DNA from: Bugula neritina
Taxonomy: Eukaryota > Animalia > Bryozoa
DNA: 64,000 nt
Direction: 5' to 3'
NCBI GenBank assembly: GCA_964035545.1
Contig: OZ037768.1
Location: 10,014,741 to 10,078,740, forward strand
The notes below the pieces were generated by a model. It searched no databases and was not told where the DNA came from. It was given only the letters and a program-made list of their open reading frames with translations. The position numbers were made by a program, and so were the translations under genes. Of this stretch, positions 49,681-64,000 are shown in pieces. Positions within the stretch are counted from its first letter, which is position 1, and every line of letters starts with the position of its first letter.

Positions 49681-52293
49681 ATGTCGAATAACTCAAATCA
49701 ATGGAAAAATGAAGTTGTAGTTAATGAATTAACTTTTAACAAAAAGAACATAAAAAGTGCACATAAAGGAGAAACACAAAATGACGAAGAGCCAGATGAT
49801 AAACCAACCAAGCAGGTGAAGACAGCTACAGATCTTCAGCGACTAAAGTTAGAAAAGTTGCTAAAGCAACCTGTAAGTTCCATGATTAATGCAGCTTACC
49901 CAATACTAATTTGTTGAAGAAAATAAATTTTAAAAATCCCCTATTTCTGATATCTGTTGAAAGATAAACTTTAGAACTATTTGGGGCAAAAAATGAGTTT
50001 GTTGTTTGAAGTCTAGCAGATTTCTGTATCACATCTTTCAAACTTACACTAGTCTTAATATTATTTTTTACTTCTGTTAAATTAATAGGTACACGTTTAT
50101 GCTTTAAAATGTTGACCACCCAATCAACAATCAAATATAGTTTTAATTATTGCTTTTTTGATGCACTTAATTTAGGACAAGCCGGTATACATTCCAGAAA
50201 AACGAAAAGAAAGAAAGATGCCTAAACCACCAGAGTTCATCAGAAATACATGGGGTAAGGCAGAGATACGCTATTTTTAAGTTTATTTTCTAAATTAATT
50301 ATAAAAGGGTGAATGAGAAACTTCTAGTGTATCTGAGATATTTTATGTTGAAATGTGGTAAAATTTGTAAATTAATTTAAACTGATATTTTGAGCATCAC
50401 TATATTATATCCAGGGTGTGATTTACTATACAATAATTATTTAAATTGTTTATAATGGAGTAATAATACAACAAATACATTGTGCTATATGATAGTTTAA
50501 CTTTTAGTATTTCGTAGATGAAGATTTTATTGACAAATTTAGCACTTTGTTATTGTTACAGGTTCCAGTGCTGGAGCAGGGAGTGGGGATTTCCATGTGT
50601 ATCGAGGAGTCAGACGACGAGAATATGCTAGACAAAAATTTCTCAACGAGCAAACAACCAAAGTATGTCTTCATTTTTTTAATTTTGTAGAAAACCCATT
50701 TTCAGTAGGTATTGTGAAAAACTTATTATCAAGAACACAAGTTGTTGATTAAATTTTACAACAAGTTATAACTGAAGAGACGTGTAATTTTTTTATTTTA
50801 AACCAACAGTTTGTTCACTATTTTATCTTCTATTTAGCATTTTTAAATTCTTCCTTGAAAAATTTCTTTAAAAATTTCTGATTAGCTGCTTTTAATTGTT
50901 TTATCTTCTGGGCAGCTTGGTATCTCAATTTATGATGAATTCTGTATGATCATGTTTTATTAAAGTTTGTATTAATACAAAATAAGTTTTAAATTCTCCG
51001 AGGCTTAGAATTAGGCCAAACCCGTAAAGTTGCTACATCGACCAATCAATAGATGATATTTGTCTGATGTGAAAAATCGTTATTACTCTATGTTGTGTTA
51101 TTAGATAATGGTAGTCAACTGAATTTTTTATCTTAAGAATCAGAGTTTACTGTTTATAGGAAAACTATGTAATTTATTCTTATGAAATTATTCAGGATTT
51201 TTTATTCCGATATTTAAAAGGCTAGCTAGTATATAGTATAGCTTTTGAACTGTGCCTCCTTAATGTGAATAGAGTGTTTTCAATGCTTTTCTGCTTTTTT
51301 GTTACACAAGTTTTTTTGACCTCAAACAATATTTTGTCTATGCTATTATTTTGGAACAGTAAATCCTGTTTGAATTAAAAATCATTACTAGTTGCTATCG
51401 GTATTTTTAGTTGTTTTAAGTTCCCGGTACTGTGGTTAAGCTTGCTATTCACTGGCTTTTGTTTTGAACAGATAATTCATTTAGTGCTTCATCTATTTAT
51501 ATCATGTGACTTCAACGTATTAAACTTTAAACTTTTTCAATGAATTTCCTTGGAACGATCTTAATAAAATATTGTTGATATCATTCTTCTATGGTTATGA
51601 ACTTATGATATAAATAGAACACATTGTTTTTTACCTTGGGTTAAACTATATAAAATAGAAAAAAGTGATTTAAATATTTGTAAAAAGTTGCATTGCTATT
51701 TTATAGAATGAATTAGATACTGAATATCAACAAAAGATGGAGGAGAATTTAAAAGCTGCTGATGAAAGAACTGCTAAAAAGCGAGCGAAACGTTTAAAAA
51801 AGAAACAAAAAGCAAAACAAATGAAGAAACATCAAAATGTTAAACCACAGTCAAGTTCTGGTATTAAGTACTATTGAATATCATAATAATTATAATCATT
51901 GTAAAGACCTGGTTCACAGTTTGTATTGGGTGAAAGTTATCTGAAACGTTGTCTGCAGATAAAATGCTTCAAAATTTCGATTTGTTTCAGTGAAATTCCT
52001 AAAGCCGCCAAATGATTTCACTTATTCACCAGGCTTCAAACTTTATTAAACCGTAATAAAAGTTTAAAAATGGCTGAGTCTAGTTATCTAATAGATGTGT
52101 TTTTGCTTTATACTCCGTGATTCTGCTTAGTCACATATAATTGTCATATTTAGAGTCTGATGACGAAGAGAATGAAGAAGAAGAATGCGAAGAACAAGAC
52201 AGTTCATCACACAAAGTTGAGAATAATGAAGCTGTTCATGATAACTCAGAGCAACTGGACAAATCTAATGTATCAGAAGATAACCCCACTTAA
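49681..52293 (+). CDS. PRKRIP1: PRKR-interacting protein 1 homolog (spliceosome-associated), 221 aa
   Basis: Exons: 49681-49872, 50176-50254, 50562-50662, 51707-51860, 52154-52293. [66 protein letters not shown] and an acidic tail. Confidence 0.95.
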
Positions 52294-53062
52294 AACCTGC
52301 TATGCTGCAATTGCATTAAATCCTATTATATTATCATGGCCAGCTATTGTACTCTGTAAAATATATTATTATTATTAATGGCTATTTCATCACTAACATT
52401 TCTTTTACAATTTTAACATTTTGAAATTATGTGAAATACACACATTAATACAGAAATGTACTTAATTCTGTCTCTTGACTGTGGAACTTGATATAGTATC
52501 TCTTGCACACTAGAGGTGCTGACCAAGCGTGCATGGTTTTAGCAGGACTGTGTCAGTCACAGTAAATCAAGTTATGGTTCAGATAAAAACTAAAAGTTGA
52601 GTCAAGAAATCATCACCTTTGCTAATAACAATGGATTTGGAAGTCTTTTATGCAAATCAATAGTAGCAAAGCTCGTTGAATTATATTTTCTACTTGTCAA
52701 AATGAATTGAAATTAGCGAAATACTGTTGTTTTAATAGAAACAAATGAATGGTTCTAGTCTCAACCATTTACATTTTACCACATCAAAAAAGCCATTAAA
52801 TATACCAATGTAGCTGTAATTATAGATTAATTCACCTCAAGTAAATTTCATTCTAGCATAATATATTTAATTCTTCATTCAACAATTGAAACACATGTAT
52901 GTTATTTAAGTTTTGAGTAGCTAAAATTTTTCAAATTATTAGTCAAGTCTAGCCATGTATGCTTTCAGAAAGTCAGAGTAGACATTTTAGTGTCACCATA
53001 GAAAGGCAGTATGTTGAATACATTTGTTGTGTACATTAAATGCTAAGCATACTATTATGAGT

Positions 53063-53512
53063 TAAAGTTGGGGTAATTGTAATTGGTTGTAATTAATTAC
53101 ATTTTTTCAAGTAATTGAATGTAATTTGTAATTGATGTATGAAAATGTAATTGCAATTGTTTACATATCTAACGTAATTGATTTTTACAATTACTCTATA
53201 ATTACATGTCAATTACTTCAAACTTTAAAAATTTCATACTTTTCCTACTATGCTTACTGTTGAATAACAAGTTCAGATTGAGTCACTTTGGTATAGCATC
53301 ACTGTTGAGAACAAAGGAGGTTCACCACTGTCAAAATTGCCTCTAGTAGTTGGACCCTATAAGTGAGATTGCATAACTTCTATTTATCTCTTGTGAGAAC
53401 AATTGTAATTGTAATTAATTACATTACTTTTTAACTGTAATTATAATTGTTATTGACAAATTTTTATGTAATTGTAATTAATTACATTCACATGTAATTG
53501 ACCCTATCCCTG
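53063..53512. mobile_element. hAT-type non-autonomous element (450 bp) with GTAATT sub-repeats
   Basis: Perfect 8-bp TSD TTATGAGT at 53055-53062 and 53513-53520. Degenerate TIRs: TAAAGTTGGGGTAATT versus reverse complement CAGGGATAGGGTCAATT. Dense GTAATT/AATTAC arrays in both arms. Confidence 0.85.
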
Positions 53513-54184
53513 TTATGAGTACATTCTAAAATACAAAACCAGAGTGAAATATTCACATACATGAAATTTTATTATCATATAATATTTGAAAATAGAGGTT
53601 TCTACTGTCTTACAAACATCTGGTGTTTCAAAGTGATTCGGACATAACACAGCTGGGCTTACTTTAAGCCCATAAAAACTAGTTCTTAAATGTGGCTCCC
53701 CCAGATATAGACATGACAACAATGAAGCACATTATAGCTTCTGAAATAATACACAGTGTCCGTGTGAAAACAGTAGATCCTTGCCAATAACACTGGCAAT
53801 TAGAAAATATATGTCACAGGGGTTTATTGAAGTCGACTTTGCAATGTGTTTTGTGAAAATGATTGGTACAGAATCCAATTGTTGATATTCCAGTCAGTTC
53901 ATGTAGAAAATATCTACCCCGTATAATGACTACCAACTCAGCTGCTGCTATTCGCTCCTTGAACAACTCTAAACCAATTCGTAACCATTTGATGCAATTC
54001 CACTTCTGTTGCTCAATTGTTGGTTGTCAAAATGAAGACAAGTTTCTTGCCATGCAAGGTATTTGAAAAAGTATGTGTCTACATCATCTAGATGCTATGC
54101 TTGTATAGAGAGTACATTTCAGCTACTCTTTTTACCCCATGAATTCAGTAACCTCCATTGTTCTTTCTTCAACTAACTCTTCCC

Positions 54185-54313
54185 CTATAAAATATAAATG
54201 AAAATAATGATATAAAGTAATTCACAAATTCCTCCCACAAATAAGTTGGCAAATTTCTCCAGTTTACTTTAATAACAAAAAGTCTGGGCACATGCCTTCC
54301 TCGTGAAGATTAC
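54185..54313 (-). other. Candidate 3'UTR intron of UPF1
   Basis: Donor AAG|GTAATC 27 nt after the TAG; acceptor TTATATTTTATAG|G; 129 nt, similar in size to neighbouring introns. Confidence 0.55.
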
Positions 54314-54340
54314 CTTTCTTGAAGGACTTTAGTCCGCGTG

Positions 54341-61698
<7,358 letters not shown>

Positions 61699-62619
61699 TC
61701 TTTTTAGTTTGCAAAAATGCTGAAACAAGCAACACAACAGCCAACTTGAAAAACAGTGTTCAATGAAGGCAAAGCTAGGTTAAATCATAACTACTGTAAA
61801 AATAAATTAGTGCTGGTTTTACTATACCTTGAAGTTACAAGAGCATAATTAGGTTTTGGCAGTTAATCTCAAAAGTCTTAGTCTACATACTCTACAACAT
61901 TAATTTTATACAGCTTCTAACCACTTACACTATGAACATTGAACTGTTATCTAGGAACAACCTTCATTAAATGAACTTGAAAATATACTATACCAACCCA
62001 TAATTTAACAGAATTAAATTATTGATAGCCATTAGAGCACCACAATTACTTATTAAAATATGTGATATAAAAACATTATTCATATTACATTACAATATTT
62101 GGACGATTAATAGCAAATTTAATAGGTCACAATTATAATAATACAATGGCCAAGACCACTTAGAGCATAACACATAATGATCTCAAACTACATATGAAAA
62201 CTGTCAAATTTCTTTAAATGTTGACATTGATTATTCAAAGACAAAAGAACATTTTCAGTAGGTTCCATTCTTATGGCAAAATACTGCTATTTGAATAATG
62301 AATGGTAGCTAAAAATATTAGCCATAGCAACGCAAATAAGAATAAATTATATGAAGCTTTAAACATAATTAGTCAAACTCATTCAGTGTCACAGGTATGA
62401 TAAGGTGTACCAGTTAGTGAACCTTCACACAAATATTGGAATTCAAAAGGTCAACATACATAAGTTATAATTTCAACATAAAATAAAAAAGCTAAGAGCT
62501 AATGTTAAAAGCTCTCAAACATAAAGTAAAGCTCTAATTAAAAATAATGAAGAACTTTTACCATTTTTTTATACAATTATAACCAATAACAAAACTTAAA
62601 ATTAACAAAACTAATATTG

Positions 62620-63860
62620 TTTATAAAGTCTGAGTCAGTTTCAAGGTGAAAGTCACAGGTAAGCTACTGAAGTTCAACAATAATATTCAATCCCATTGAC
62701 TCAAAGTTACTGATCAGTTGAAGAAAATCAAACTGATTGCAGATTACCATGGGGTTATTCTACTAATAATATTGTAGTAACATTATTGTTAGTAGAATAG
62801 TTATAACTATAAGTATATATCAAGCATTGTAATTATAAATACCAGGATCAAAGTTATTCCCTACCAGAAATAGTGATATTAATACTCTACTACTAATAGT
62901 AATAGAATTTTAGTATTAATTTCAATTTATAAAATTTAAACTTGTTTAAACTTATTACTTATTAGTTTGACATATGTTCAACTTTTATTTATTGACTTAC
63001 ACTTAGATTCACTGTCACGCAAATGCATGATGATTCTGATTATTAAATTCAATATAACATCAATTTGTCTTGGACTTATCTGCAATCGCTTAGGCTTATA
63101 TTTCAAGTTCAACAAAATTATTATTAAAAATTCAAATGAAATTTAATTTTATTAGTTAAAATTCAAACGGAAAGCTTAAATTACATAAATTAGGATGATC
63201 TAAAAGTTTTGACTGCACTTCAACTTAAAACATGATTTAAATGAGTTATATTTACCACTTAACCTTAAGACTTTCCCCGAACTGTGAGTCTTATTTTTAG
63301 ACTTATGTCTTACAGCTACACTTACAGTTACTGATTATAATTACTCATATCTGATAAAGTAATTCCCTAATTACACTTACAGTATAAGTATAAGTAACAG
63401 TAACACTTACTCTTAGACTTTAGAGCTAGTTTTAGACTTAGTGCTAGGGTTACTCATAGTACACAGTACAGTCATAGCCTAAGCCAAACTCATTCTCAGT
63501 CTCACTATGACCACCATACTGATACTCTGATACTCATAGTTAAACTGAGTCATACTCAAAGTCACTATCATACTGATAGTGATACTAATAGTAATACTAA
63601 TAGACAATAGTAATACTCATAGTCATACTGATACTGCCACTAAATCTAATAACATTATTAATAGGCTAGCAGTATCACTATTATCACTACCAATAGTATT
63701 ACTATTAGTATTAGTAATACTTATGGTTACACCAATACTAATACTGTAATAGTAATTAAATATCAATAAGAATAATTAGAATGAAATTCAAATTGAATAA
63801 TGAAATGTTTATTAAATTATTTCAGTAAACTTTGAAGTTTGAGATATTAAAAAGAAATTA
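62620..63860. repeat. Degenerate 3/6-bp-periodic tract in the UPF1 5'UTR intron
   Basis: agtataagtataagtaacagtaacacttactcttagactttagagctagttttagacttagtgctagggttactcatagtac...atactgatagtgatactaatagtaatactaat; directly downstream of minus-strand donor GTAAGT at 63914. Confidence 0.8.
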
Positions 63861-64000
63861 ATATAGTAACAATACTGGAAAATTAGCTTCGCTTTAATAT
63901 AAATCAAAACTTACTTATTGGAAAATTATGAAATAGATGATTTTTACGATAAAATGCTTTGTAAGAAATTCTGCTACAAATTCATATTCATGCTTATTAA

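Overview
AT-rich, intron-containing genomic DNA from an animal, probably an invertebrate (species not identifiable from sequence alone). I reconstructed eight protein-coding genes exon by exon and checked splice phases. In order: 3' part of a PLEKHG4/puratrophin-type RhoGEF (+), RASA1/p120 RasGAP (+), NPC2 nested antisense in a RASA1 intron (-), ASF1 (-), PIERCE1/C9orf116 (+, absent from the ORF track), TBC1D25 (-), PRKRIP1 (+) and UPF1 (-). Mobile DNA comprises a Harbinger-like MITE, a hAT-type MITE with an 8-bp TSD, a tRNA-headed SINE with a 9-bp TSD and a dead Tc1 DD34E fragment. The most unusual signal is a set of 0.4-1.4 kb degenerate 3/6-bp-periodic (A-N-T)n tracts lying just downstream of the first splice donor of nearly every gene and almost nowhere else. 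One tract has no assigned gene and points to an unannotated divergent first exon. Other notable items are a GC-AG intron and a candidate 3'UTR intron in UPF1, a one-codon terminal exon completing a PDZ-binding motif, an altered cysteine pattern in NPC2, and promoter motifs that fit gene function (CLEAR-like at NPC2, X-box at PIERCE1, ZNF143 motif near PRKRIP1).
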